Shown: positions 1 to 10,036 of the stretch, piece by piece
How the letters are laid out: every line of letters begins with the position of its first letter
Position numbering within the stretch: the first letter of the stretch is position 1
DNA from: a bacterium
GTDB lineage: Bacteria; Sumerlaeota; Sumerlaeia; MVZB01
Direction of reading: 5' to 3'
Assembly (NCBI GenBank): GCA_021372575.1
Contig: JAJFUE010000029.1
Location: 22,646-86,645 of the forward strand
DNA: 64,000 nucleotides
Notes under the pieces: generated by a model
Told to the model about the DNA's origin: nothing
Databases searched by the model: none
The model's input: the letters and a program-made list of their open reading frames with translations, nothing else
Made by a program: the position numbers and the translations under genes

Positions 1-2127
1 CAGCGCCAGGTTGAACCGCACCATGCGCGACAACTCGCGCTCGATCAGCGGATCGCCGATGAACGTGATGCGGTCGATCCCGGCCGCCATGCGCCTCGTC
101 ATCATGGTGAGCCGGTCGGGGCGGAACCCGGCGGCATGCGGATAAATCGCCGTCGCGACGTAGTATTTGCGGCCCTCGTGGTGAACGTAGCGCTGCACGT
201 TGGCGATAAACGCGTCCGACTCCTCGATGTTCCAATCGATGTATCGCGGGTGCGCGGCCTGCCGCTTGAAGTCCTCGAGCGTCTTCAGGAACGGCTCGCA
301 CACCGTGGGCTTGAACCCGGCTTCGCGGCTCGCGCGCTCGATGGTCCGCCGCAGCGGCTTGAGGTCGAGCTGCTTGAGCTGCCCCAGCGATTGCTGCTGC
401 GAGCGCAGCGACGGCAGCACGGTCCGCAGCGAATCGAACGCCAGCAGGTTGTATTCGGCCTCGCCCCCATACCTGCGGATCGACTGCAGGTTCTGGTGCA
501 GTTGATCGTTGCGCTCGAGCGCCTCCTGGAGCGTGTCGCCCTCGACCACGGCCACGATCGGTCGCCCCGGCCGCGGGAACGCCGGGTCCTCGGCCGTGGC
601 CGACTGTTCCGAATTGAAAAAGAATCCGGAAATGGACGCGAACGTCGAATCGAAATCGAGCCCGCGCGCCTGCCAGCCCAGAAACACGCACACGAACAGC
701 ATCGCGCCGAGCATTGATCGCGGACTTGTGATCGCCGGCTCGTAAAGCCGCTCGAGCCCGAACCGGAACAACTCCACCGGCTTCACGCGCCCCTTCGCCA
801 GCCGGTGCTTGACCGCCGCCATGATCGGCATCACGATCAGGCACGCCGCAAGCTGGCAGATCACGCCGATCGCCGCCACGATCCCGAGTTGCGCGAATCC
901 GCGTCCCTCGCGCAACGCGCGCAGCGCCGTCTCCGGATCGTGAACGCCCCATAGTGACGTCAGCGCCAAAAAACCGAACAGCAGCGCCACGCCGAGCCCC
1001 GACGCAAGCAGCCCCCGCGCCGTCTCGGCATACGCCCGCCGCAGCGCGCGATAGTAGTTCTGGTTGGTGTACAGCTCGACCGTGAAACGGTGATACAGAT
1101 GAATGCAATACTGCCCGCCGATGGCCGTGATCACGAGCAGGAACGCGAACGTCAGCGCCGACGTGGACCCCACCGCGTGATACGTGATCGCCTGCGCCCA
1201 CAACAGCCCCATCGTCGGCGGCAACAAAATGAACAGCACCGCCTCGACCTTCCTGAACACGAGCAGGATCAGCAGCAGCGTCATCGGAATCGACAATTTA
1301 ATAATGATCCCGAGCTCGTGCTGCATTTGCTCGATGTGCCGCGCGATCGTCACGTGCGACCCCGCGTAGTCGAACGTCATCTGGTCGTTCCACGAGCGAT
1401 TGCGCTTATACAGGTCCTCGATCGTGTGGACGATCGACCGGTACGCCCGCATCGCGTAGTGCCCGTCATCGGCCGACTGCAGCGGATACGCCAGCAGCAG
1501 GATCGCGCTGCCGTCGGGGCTCAAAAAATATCCGTCGCGCGGCGTGAGCCGCGTCGGCCCGCGGCTGTACGCCAGCTGCTCGCGAATCAAATCGAGCGCG
1601 CCGAGCGGATCCTGCGGCGAGATATTCTGGAACGACGCCGGCGCGAGCGCGTTGAGCCGGTATGCCTTCAGCAGCTTGAGCCGGTCGGCGCTGTACCGGT
1701 CGCTCATCGCCTGCCGCAGCCGCTCCCAGTCCTCGTCGGTCAACAGCTGAATGATGCGCAAATCCGAAAGCGACTGGTAATAACTCTGCGCCAGCTCATC
1801 GACGCGATACACGGCCCGCGCGAAATAGCGCTTGTCGAGCGTGTTCGAAAATTCCTGGGCCGCGGCGCGCAGGTCGGCCTCATGCCCCGGCTGCTTGTGC
1901 CGGATGATCACCGTCACCGGCTCGAGCGTCTGGTAATCCCCCACGATCTCGCGGATGATTCTCTCGCGCACGCGCGTGTTGGGCAGGAAATCGACCAGCC
2001 GCGTGTCGAACGTGCTTTGATACACCACCCACGCCGCGAGCGCCGTCATGGCGATCACCAGTGGCGCCAGCCACCACGCCTGGCGAAAAATGAAAATCCC
2101 GATGAAATTGAGAAAACGACGCCTCAT
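1..2127 (-). CDS. MMPL/RND-superfamily membrane transporter (HpnN/MmpL-like), 5' end (N-terminus) complete, 3' end runs off the window
   Basis: Minus-strand frame open from an ATG at 2127 (MRRRFLNFIGIFIFRQAWWLAPLVIAMTALAAW...) to the window edge. Shows an N-terminal TM helix, a large soluble domain, then a TM block (…GIIIKLSIPMTLLLILLVF…GLLWAQAITYHAVG…). The plus ORFs 136..717 and 1090..2166 are its Arg-rich antisense images. The ATG overlaps the stop of the upstream lipoprotein gene (ATGA). Confidence 0.55.
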   Translation of the reverse strand, partial: MRRRFLNFIGIFIFRQAWWLAPLVIAMTALAAWVVYQSTFDTRLVDFLPNTRVRERIIREIVGDYQTLEPVTVIIRHKQPGHEADLRAAAQEFSNTLDKRYFARAVYRVDELAQSYYQSLSDLRIIQLLTDEDWERLRQAMSDRYSADRLKLLKAYRLNALAPASFQNISPQDPLGALDLIREQLAYSRGPTRLTPRDGYFLSPDGSAILLLAYPLQSADDGHYAMRAYRSIVHTIEDLYKRNRSWNDQMTFDYAGSHVTIARHIEQMQHELGIIIKLSIPMTLLLILLVFRKVEAVLFILLPPTMGLLWAQAITYHAVGSTSALTFAFLLVITAIGGQYCIHLYHRFTVELYTNQNYYRALRRAYAETARGLLASGLGVALLFGFLALTSLWGVHDPETALRALREGRGFAQLGIVAAIGVICQLAACLIVMPIMAAVKHRLAKGRVKPVELFRFGLERLYEPAITSPRSMLGAMLFVCVFLGWQARGLDFDSTFASISGFFFNSEQSATAEDPAFPRPGRPIVAVVEGDTLQEALERNDQLHQNLQSIRRYGGEAEYNLLAFDSLRTVLPSLRSQQQSLGQLKQLDLKPLRRTIERASREAGFKPTVCEPFLKTLEDFKRQAAHPRYIDWNIEESDAFIANVQRYVHHEGRKYYVATAIYPHAAGFRPDRLTMMTRRMAAGIDRITFIGDPLIERELSRMVRFNLAL

Positions 2128-3065
2128 AGCTGGCTCAGAAATCGATCCATGTCCTCGAGCGGATAAAGCGGGTAGTTCTGTTCGATGACGCTGGGCGCGA
2201 TGACGAACGCCTTGGACGGAATCGTCGGGCTGAACACGTAGCCCGCCTTGATCTCGACGTCCAGCGTGATGCGCGGGTGATCGCTCGAGATGCGCAGCGC
2301 GCGCGGCAGCAGGCGCGCCGGCTGATCGGCGGCCCCCTCGTCCGTGAACATGTCCCATTGCTTGTAGGTCACGTCGATGCGCGCCGACTTGCGCTGCCAC
2401 CAGTGTTTGGCGTCGATCGGCCGGCGCCAGACGGCCCCGCGCGGCAGTCCCGACGCGCGATCGAGTTCGATTTTCACCGGCGCCAGCGGTTTCTCGTTTT
2501 GCGGCGCGAGCGCGGGGCGCCGCGCGCTCCCCTTCTCCTCGAACCCGCCGGCCGCGATCATCTGGCCAATTTCAAAAATCGAGATGAGGTCCGCCGGCTC
2601 AAAGCCGAAATGCCGGCCAAACGGCGAGCCGCCGTCCATGACTTCGCCCTGGAACACCGCACCCCTGAACTTACCGCTCTTATAGAACACCACGGTCATC
2701 ACGTTGTCGTGCAGCATAACGTCGAACAGGCTTAGGCCGCCGGCGGGGGGATACGTGTTGAGCCGCAGGTTCCGCGGATCGATCCCCAGAAACGTGAACT
2801 GGATGGAGTCCTTGCCGGAAAAAGCGCCCTTGGACGCGACGATCAGGCTCTGGCCGATTTTGAGCACCGGCGGCGGCGGATTGAAAACCTTCTGATAGCC
2901 TTGCAGGCGCGTCGCCGGATCGGCCAGCAGTTTCATCTCGGCCGGGGCATTGGCCGGAACCCCCACCGGCGCCGGCCGCAGTGCGACGCATCCCATCGGC
3001 ACGAGCGCCAGAACCATCAAAACGACAACGGCGCCCGCGCGCGCAACGGCATCCATCTTTTTCAT
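2124..3065 (-). CDS. Hypothetical secreted lipoprotein (signal peptide + lipobox Cys); ORF extends to 3104
   Basis: ORF 2124..3104. The internal start MKKMDAVARAGAVVVLMVLALVPMGC has a typical signal peptide and lipobox. Translationally coupled to the downstream MMPL transporter gene. Confidence 0.5.
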   Translation of the reverse strand: MKKMDAVARAGAVVVLMVLALVPMGCVALRPAPVGVPANAPAEMKLLADPATRLQGYQKVFNPPPPVLKIGQSLIVASKGAFSGKDSIQFTFLGIDPRNLRLNTYPPAGGLSLFDVMLHDNVMTVVFYKSGKFRGAVFQGEVMDGGSPFGRHFGFEPADLISIFEIGQMIAAGGFEEKGSARRPALAPQNEKPLAPVKIELDRASGLPRGAVWRRPIDAKHWWQRKSARIDVTYKQWDMFTDEGAADQPARLLPRALRISSDHPRITLDVEIKAGYVFSPTIPSKAFVIAPSVIEQNYPLYPLEDMDRFLSQL

Positions 3066-3169
3066 GTCACGTCCATTCCTGCCGGAAATGCGGGCCGGCA
3101 ACAACGCCGGCGCACGACTTCAACATCCATTTCATAGCAGAAATCGCAAGACGTGGCAAAGAATGTCGG

Positions 3170-3493
3170 TCACATCAACCCCAAATCCAATTTCGCAGCC
3201 TCGCTCATCATGTCCCGGTTCCACGGCGGGTCCCACACGACATCGACGATCGCCTCGGTCACGCCGGGAACCGACTCGGCCATCGACTTCACCTGGATCG
3301 GCAGGTATTCGGCCACGGGGCAGTTCGGCGCGGTGAGCGTCATCTTGATGATCACGCGCCCGTCATCCTGCGGATCGATTTCGTAGATCAGCCCCAAATC
3401 GTAAATATTCACCGGAATTTCCGGATCATAAATCGTCCGCATGGCATTCACGATGCTCTCATGCAGGTCGGGGTTGTCGTTCTGGTATTCCAT
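3170..3493 (-). CDS. sufT: SufT / DUF59 (MIP18-family) Fe-S cluster assembly protein
   Basis: 107 aa. DPEIPVNIYDLGLIYEI…TAPNCPVAEYL motif typical of the DUF59/SufT family. Last gene of the suf operon. Confidence 0.8.
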   Translation of the reverse strand: MEYQNDNPDLHESIVNAMRTIYDPEIPVNIYDLGLIYEIDPQDDGRVIIKMTLTAPNCPVAEYLPIQVKSMAESVPGVTEAIVDVVWDPPWNRDMMSEAAKLDLGLM

Positions 3494-3509
3494 TTCTCAA
3501 TCGCTTCTT

Positions 3510-3552
3510 CGTGCTCGTGCTCGTGCTCGTAATCGTAATCGTAATCGAATCC
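3510..3552. repeat. Hexanucleotide microsatellite (CGTGCT)3(CGTAAT)3-CGAATCC in the sufS-sufT spacer (copy 1 of 2)
   Basis: Direct reading. A 39-nt core identical to 7230..7268. Confidence 0.8.
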
Positions 3553-3582
3553 TGCGGCGTTGTTGCCTTTAACCGCGCGTCT

Positions 3583-4836
3583 CTACCTCAGCATCTCGAT
3601 GGCCTTCTTCACGGCCCCCGCAAGCACGTCGATCTCCTCGCGCGTGTTGTAGAACGAGAACGACGCCCGCGCTGTTCCCGGCAATCCCAATCGTTCCATC
3701 AGCGGCATCGCGCAGTGGTGGCCCGTCCTGATCGCGACGCCTTCCTGGTCCAGAATCGTCGCGATGTCGGTCGGATGCGTTCCATCCACGACGAACGAGA
3801 CGACGCTCGCCTTGTGCGGCGCCGTGCCGACGATGCGCAGCCCCGGGATCTCGCCCAACCGCGCCGTCGCGTAGTCCAGCAAATCCTGTTCATACGCCGC
3901 GATGTTTTCGATCCCGATCTTGCCCATATAGTCGATCGCCGCGCCGAGCCCGATCGCCCCCGCAATGTCCGGCGTGCCGGCCTCGAACTTGTACGGCACC
4001 ACGTTGAACGTCGTCTTGTCATACGTCACGCGGTCGATCATGTCGCCGCCGCACTGCCACGGCGGCATCTCGTCGAGCAGTTCGCGCCGCCCGTAAAGCG
4101 CGCCGATCCCGCTCGGGCCATAAATCTTGTGCCCGGAAAACACGTAAAAATCGCAGCCGAGCGCCGCAACATCGACCGCCGTGTGCGGCACGGCCTGCGC
4201 GCCGTCGATCAGCACCGGGACGCCGTGCCGATGGCCCATTTCAATCATCTCATGAACCGGGTTGACCGTGCCGAGCACGTTCGAGACGTGCGTCGCGGCG
4301 ATGATGCGCGTCCGCCCGTTGATCATTTTCTCCATTTTGTCCAGGAGCAGCACGCCGCGGTCGTCGATCGGCGCCACGCACAGGCTGGCCCCCTTCCTCG
4401 CGCATAGCATCTGCCACGGCACGATGTTCGCATGGTGTTCCAGCGCGGTGATCAGGACTTCGTCGCCGGCGCCCACGTTCTGCCAGCCCCAGCTCCACAC
4501 GACAAGGTTGATCGCCTCGGTCGCGCCCCGCACGAACACGATCTCGTGCCGGTCCGACGCGCCGAGGAACCGCCGCACCTTCTCGCGCGCGTCGTCGTGC
4601 GCCGCCGTCGCTTCCTGGCTGAGCTCGTGGATGCCGCGATGGATGTTCGAATAACTCTCGAAATAAAACCGGCTGAGCGCCTCGATCACCTGCCGCGGCT
4701 TTTGCGTCGAGGCCGCGTTGTCCAGGTACACGAGCGGCTTGCCGTGAACGCGCTTTTGCAGGATCGGGAAATCGGCGCGGATTTTCTCCACGTCCAAATC
4801 CCACTTGCGCTCGAGTGTCTGCGCCGCCGGGCTCAT
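3583..4836 (-). CDS. sufS: Cysteine desulfurase SufS (class II aminotransferase)
   Basis: The ORF track shows an 813-aa ORF, but the true start is the internal MSPAAQTLERKWDLDVEKIRADFPIL… at 4836 (ATGA overlap with the sufD stop). PLP lysine motif SGHKIYGPSGIGALYG; C-terminal RTGHHCAMPLM active-site Cys loop. Confidence 0.9.
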   Translation of the reverse strand: MSPAAQTLERKWDLDVEKIRADFPILQKRVHGKPLVYLDNAASTQKPRQVIEALSRFYFESYSNIHRGIHELSQEATAAHDDAREKVRRFLGASDRHEIVFVRGATEAINLVVWSWGWQNVGAGDEVLITALEHHANIVPWQMLCARKGASLCVAPIDDRGVLLLDKMEKMINGRTRIIAATHVSNVLGTVNPVHEMIEMGHRHGVPVLIDGAQAVPHTAVDVAALGCDFYVFSGHKIYGPSGIGALYGRRELLDEMPPWQCGGDMIDRVTYDKTTFNVVPYKFEAGTPDIAGAIGLGAAIDYMGKIGIENIAAYEQDLLDYATARLGEIPGLRIVGTAPHKASVVSFVVDGTHPTDIATILDQEGVAIRTGHHCAMPLMERLGLPGTARASFSFYNTREEIDVLAGAVKKAIEMLR

Positions 4837-6185
4837 ATCAATGCCTCCGCCAGCGGATTGTGCGCGTGGAATTTCTCCGAGATGATCCGCCCCAGCTCGT
4901 TCTTCAGCGCCTCGGCGCGCACCTGGTCGAGCACCTCGCCGGCGAACGCGAACGTCAGCAGCGCCCGCGCCTCCTCGAGCCCGATCCCGCGCGAGCGCAG
5001 GTAAAACGCCGCTTCCGAATCCAGCTGCCCGACCGCCGCGCCGTGCGTGCATTTCACGTCGTCGGCGAAAATCTCCAGCTGCGGCTGCGCGTTCACCACC
5101 GCGCTGTCCGACAGGAGCAGCGCCCGGTTCCGCTGATATGCATCCGTTTTCTGCGCGTCCGGCCGCACCACGATCCGGCCCGTGAACACGCCGCTCGCAT
5201 GGTCGTCCAGGATGCCCTTGTACAGTTCGGTGCTGTGGCAGTGCGGCACCGCGTGGTCGAGCCGCGTGTGCGCGTCGGCGTGCTGTGTGCCGGAGATCGC
5301 ATACAGACCGTTCAGCACGGTCTCGGTCCCCTCGCCCGCGAGCGTCACGTTCACGTTCTGCCGCGACAGCGCCCCCCCGATCGCGAACGCGTGCGTGCGC
5401 AGGTTGCTCGACCGCGCCTGCCGCGCGTACATCGAATGCACATGGAACGCGCCGGGGCTCTCGAGCTGGACCTTGTAATGATCGACCTGCGCGTCCTCGC
5501 CGATCGCCATCTCCGTCACGCCGTTCGTCAGATAAACGCCTTCGCCGAGCCCGCCGTAGGTCCCGATGATCGTGATCTGCGCGGCCCGGCCGACGACGGC
5601 CAGGTTGCGCGAGTGGAACGCCAGCGGCTGCGCCCCCGCCGTCGCGAGAAACACCACGTGCATCGGCTTCTCGATCACGCATCCGTCCGGCACGTGCACG
5701 AACACGCCGTTCTGCAGCCATGCGGAATTGAGCGCGGTGAACGGATTCTTCGGGTCCTCGGCGCAGCGCCCCAGGTTCTCGCGAAACACGCGGTCGCCGC
5801 TGCCGATCGCCTCGCCGACCGTCATCAGGCGCACGCCCGCCGGCAGCTCGCCGACATCCGAAATCTCCGGCTGATACACGCCATTCATAAAGACGAACCG
5901 GTGCGCGTCGAGCCCCGGGATGAAATATTTCGCCGCATCGCCCGCGAGCTTGTGATACGTCCGCGCCGGGTCGGGGCTGGCAAACACCGTGTTCTCGAGC
6001 GCCTCCAGGTTCGTGAACCGCCATTCCTCATCCTTGGCCCCCGGCAACCCGAGCGCATTGAACCGGTCCAGCGCCTTCCTGCGCATCGACCTGATCCAAT
6101 CGACATCCGCCCCCATCAGCTGCGGCTCCATCCGCAGATATTCGGCGATGAAGTGATCCTTGGCGCTGCCCGTCGCGATTGCCAT
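4833..6185 (-). CDS. sufD: Fe-S cluster assembly protein SufD
   Basis: 450 aa with SufD/SufB-family beta-helix features (…VHVPDGCVIEKPMHVVFL…IGEDAQVDHYKV…). Lies between sufC and sufS. Confidence 0.85.
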   Translation of the reverse strand: MAIATGSAKDHFIAEYLRMEPQLMGADVDWIRSMRRKALDRFNALGLPGAKDEEWRFTNLEALENTVFASPDPARTYHKLAGDAAKYFIPGLDAHRFVFMNGVYQPEISDVGELPAGVRLMTVGEAIGSGDRVFRENLGRCAEDPKNPFTALNSAWLQNGVFVHVPDGCVIEKPMHVVFLATAGAQPLAFHSRNLAVVGRAAQITIIGTYGGLGEGVYLTNGVTEMAIGEDAQVDHYKVQLESPGAFHVHSMYARQARSSNLRTHAFAIGGALSRQNVNVTLAGEGTETVLNGLYAISGTQHADAHTRLDHAVPHCHSTELYKGILDDHASGVFTGRIVVRPDAQKTDAYQRNRALLLSDSAVVNAQPQLEIFADDVKCTHGAAVGQLDSEAAFYLRSRGIGLEEARALLTFAFAGEVLDQVRAEALKNELGRIISEKFHAHNPLAEALI

Positions 6186-6192
6186 TTGATTA

Positions 6193-6462
6193 AGTCCTGA
6201 GTCCTGAGTGCTGAGTCCTGATTCAATTCAAACAAAAATGCAGTCACGAGATTCACGAAATGAAGACCATGAAATTTCACGAAAATGTTTTCAGAATTCC
6301 TTTATGCCTCTAATTCGAACGCTTGTTCTTTTTCGTGCCTTTTCGTGAGAATTCTTTCGTGACTTTCGTGACTGAGTTTGTATTTGTTTCGCCGTTTCAA
6401 GGCTGTTTCCCGATCGAGACTGCCGGTTCATAAACCTCAGCACTCAGGACTCAGGACTCAGC
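6193..6462. repeat. Palindromic MITE-like intergenic element: about 27-bp terminal inverted repeats (AGTCCTGAGTCCTGAGTGCTGAGTCCTGA / TCAGCACTCAGGACTCAGGACTCAGC) flanking an AT-rich core with TTCGTG / CACGAA motifs
   Basis: Left arm 6193..6221 and right arm 6437..6462 are reverse complements. The core 6222..6436 is much more AT-rich than its surroundings. The right arm supplies the last codons (LSPES*) of sufC. Confidence 0.5.
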
Positions 6463-7211
6463 GCTTCTTCCTCCACCCATCCGTATCCTTCACGCTCCAG
6501 CTCCAGCGCCAGCTCCTTGCCGCCGCTCTTGATCACGCGGCCGTTCACCAGCACGTGCACGAAATCCGGCACGATGTAATTCAGCAACCGCTGGTAGTGC
6601 GTCACGACGACGATCCCGCGATCGCCGCCGCGCAGCGAGTTCACGCCCTCGGCCACGATCCGCAGCGCGTCGATATCCAAGCCCGAATCGGTCTCGTCCA
6701 AAATCGCCAGCTTCGGCTCGAGCACCGCCATCTGGAACACTTCGTTGCGTTTCTTCTCGCCGCCCGAGAATCCCTCGTTCACCGATCTCTTCAACAGGCT
6801 CTCGTCCATCTTGACGAGTTGCATCTTCTCGCGCACGAGCTTCAAAAATTCCTCGCTCGAAATCTCGTCCTCGCCGCGATGTTTCCGCGCCGCGTTCAGC
6901 GCCGACCTCAAAAAATACGTGTTGTTCACGCCCGGGATCTCTACCGGGTATTGGAACGCCAGGAAAATTCCCGCCCGCGCGCGGATTTCAGGTTCCATCT
7001 CGAGCAGGTTCTGGCCGTCATAGACGACCTCGCCCTCGGTGACCGTGTAGGTCTCGCGCCCGGCGAGCACGCCCGCCAGCGTCGATTTCCCCGACCCGTT
7101 CGGTCCCATGATCGCATGCACCTCACCCGGATTGACCACAAGGTCGATCCCCTTGAGAATCTCCCGATCCTCAATCCGCGCGTGCAGATTTTTGATTTCA
7201 AGCAGACTCAT
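6444..7211 (-). CDS. sufC: Fe-S cluster assembly ATPase SufC
   Basis: 255 aa. Walker [13 protein letters not shown] signature FSGGEKKR, Walker [13 protein letters not shown]. Confidence 0.9.
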   Translation of the reverse strand: MSLLEIKNLHARIEDREILKGIDLVVNPGEVHAIMGPNGSGKSTLAGVLAGRETYTVTEGEVVYDGQNLLEMEPEIRARAGIFLAFQYPVEIPGVNNTYFLRSALNAARKHRGEDEISSEEFLKLVREKMQLVKMDESLLKRSVNEGFSGGEKKRNEVFQMAVLEPKLAILDETDSGLDIDALRIVAEGVNSLRGGDRGIVVVTHYQRLLNYIVPDFVHVLVNGRVIKSGGKELALELEREGYGWVEEEALSPES

Positions 7212-7224
7212 CCGTTTGCTCCAT

Positions 7225-7268
7225 TCGCACTCGTGCTCGTGCTCGTAATCGTAATCGTAATCGAATCC
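7225..7268. repeat. Hexanucleotide microsatellite (CGTGCT)2-3(CGTAAT)3-CGAATCC in the sufB-sufC spacer (copy 2 of 2)
   Basis: The same 39-nt core as 3514..3552. Confidence 0.8.
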
Positions 7269-7302
7269 ACCGCGTTATCGCCGATCCTCTCACGCCATCA
7301 AT

Positions 7303-8744
<1,442 letters not shown>

Positions 8745-8748
<4 letters not shown>

Positions 8749-9248
8749 CCGTTCGCTCTCCCCGAAGCCCCCAACGTTGGTTCGGTAGTCTTGTCGATTG
8801 GCATCGATGCGGTCTCGGCCAGCCGGATCAATTCAGGCCCGCGCGTCGGCTGGAACATCTCGGCCAGCGTGATCCCGTCCAGCGCTCCCTGGATCGCCTC
8901 GTTGATCCGGTTCCAGCTGATCCGCAGCGGGCAATGCGTCCCCACCCCGCAGCGCGCCTGATCGGTCAGGCACTCGGTGATCGCGATCGGCCCCTCGAGC
9001 GCCTGGATGATCTCCGAGATACGGATCTGCGAGGCCGGCCGGATCAGCCGGAAGCCCCCCTTCGTCCCGCGGTGCGACGCCAGGATCCCGCCCCGCGCCA
9101 GCGCCTTGAGGATCTTGCTGACCATCGGCAGCGGCAGCCGCGTCAGGCCGGCCAGGTCGCGCGCGTTATGCGTCGTTTCCTGCCCTTGAGTGGCCATCTG
9201 ACAGAGCAGGACGATCGCGTAATCGGTGATTTTGGTCAGGCGAATCAT
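8745..9248 (-). CDS. Rrf2-family transcriptional regulator (IscR/SufR-like); likely regulator of the suf operon
   Basis: 167 aa. N-terminal [19 protein letters not shown] wHTH typical of Rrf2. Three Cys ([14 protein letters not shown]) as an Fe-S ligand candidate. Stop overlaps the sufB start. Confidence 0.8.
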
Positions 9249-9413
9249 GTTTCAGACCCAATCGGACCGTTTCAGTACTCAATCGCAAATTCAATTTACA
9301 ACTCGGTCCATTATAGCGCAAGCTTTAATTCGAACCCAACCGGTACGATATCTCCGATCCATGCACATTCATCACTGAATTTATGTCGGATATGATACTC
9401 CTAAATAAGGATC

Positions 9414-9460
9414 ACCCCACCCGAATTCAGTCGTTCGGAGTGGGGTGTCCTGTGTTTTGA
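9414..9460 (+). terminator. Candidate hairpin (CACCCCAC…GTGGGGTG) followed by a T-rich tract, between the lipoprotein gene and the suf promoter region
   Basis: An 8-bp perfect stem with an internal sub-hairpin (CCGAA…TTCGG), then TCCTGTGTTTTG. Confidence 0.3.
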
Positions 9461-9478
9461 ACCGCTTGACGAATCGCG

Positions 9479-9877
9479 TCAGCGGACCTTGATGCCCGTT
9501 CCGGCCGCCTTATCCACATAAATGCCGATAAACACGAACGGCAGGCCGGTGTAAATCTCGCTGTGCGGCATGACGTTGATCATGGCCGTCGCGCCATCGG
9601 CTTTGGCGGCCTTGCCGGCGTCGCCGAGCAACGCTTCATTGGAATACATCGGCAGCAGTTCCATGATCTTGCAAATGAGCGGGATTCCCACCGCAATCCC
9701 GACTTCGGTCTGGTCGTAACGGCCCGTCGCGGTGTAATTCTCGAACGTGCCGTCGCCGGTCGTCACGTTGGTGAGGCCGCTTTCCCGGGCCACCTGGGCC
9801 AGGTCGGTCTTGGAGCCAAGCGACATGCAGCCGGTCAACACTGCCCCCAACATGATCGCGCACATAATTGTCCGCAT
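9479..9877 (-). CDS. Small lipoprotein, TRL-like family (tentative)
   Basis: Start chosen at MRTIMCAIMLGAVLTGC (signal peptide + lipobox), with a GAGGTG RBS 7 nt upstream. The ORF track extends to 9955. Confidence 0.5.
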   Translation of the reverse strand: MRTIMCAIMLGAVLTGCMSLGSKTDLAQVARESGLTNVTTGDGTFENYTATGRYDQTEVGIAVGIPLICKIMELLPMYSNEALLGDAGKAAKADGATAMINVMPHSEIYTGLPFVFIGIYVDKAAGTGIKVR

Positions 9878-10036
9878 CGTGCCACCTCGCTTTGAGCGAT
9901 GTTTTTCGCTCGGTTTAGATTGAAACAGCTTGTGTGAGTAAAATTGATTATTCACCGATCGCGGCGCAAAATCAAAATTTTTCGCCCTCGTTCCAAATTA
10001 ATGAAATTTATCCGCGGTTGAGGTTTAGTATTCGCG

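Noticed and set aside
1090-2166. 358-aa plus-strand ORF (and 136..717 +), extremely Arg-rich
   Set aside because: These are antisense images of the minus-strand MMPL transporter gene, which has a coherent membrane-protein translation. Arg-rich composition is typical of off-frame high-GC ORFs.
3511-4407. 298-aa plus ORF starting in the hexamer repeat ([14 protein letters not shown]…), plus 4815..6200 +, 6378..7379 + and 7441..8742 +
   Set aside because: They overlap sufS, sufD, sufC and sufB on the opposite strand. The N-termini are simply the microsatellite read in frame, and the rest is R/H/D-rich noise.
3583-6024. 813-aa minus ORF reported by the ORF track
   Set aside because: Only the C-terminal 418 aa (from MSPAAQTLERK at 4836) is SufS. 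The upstream 395 aa is the sufD region read in another frame (Gly/Arg-rich). The real sufD is the 4833..6185 frame.
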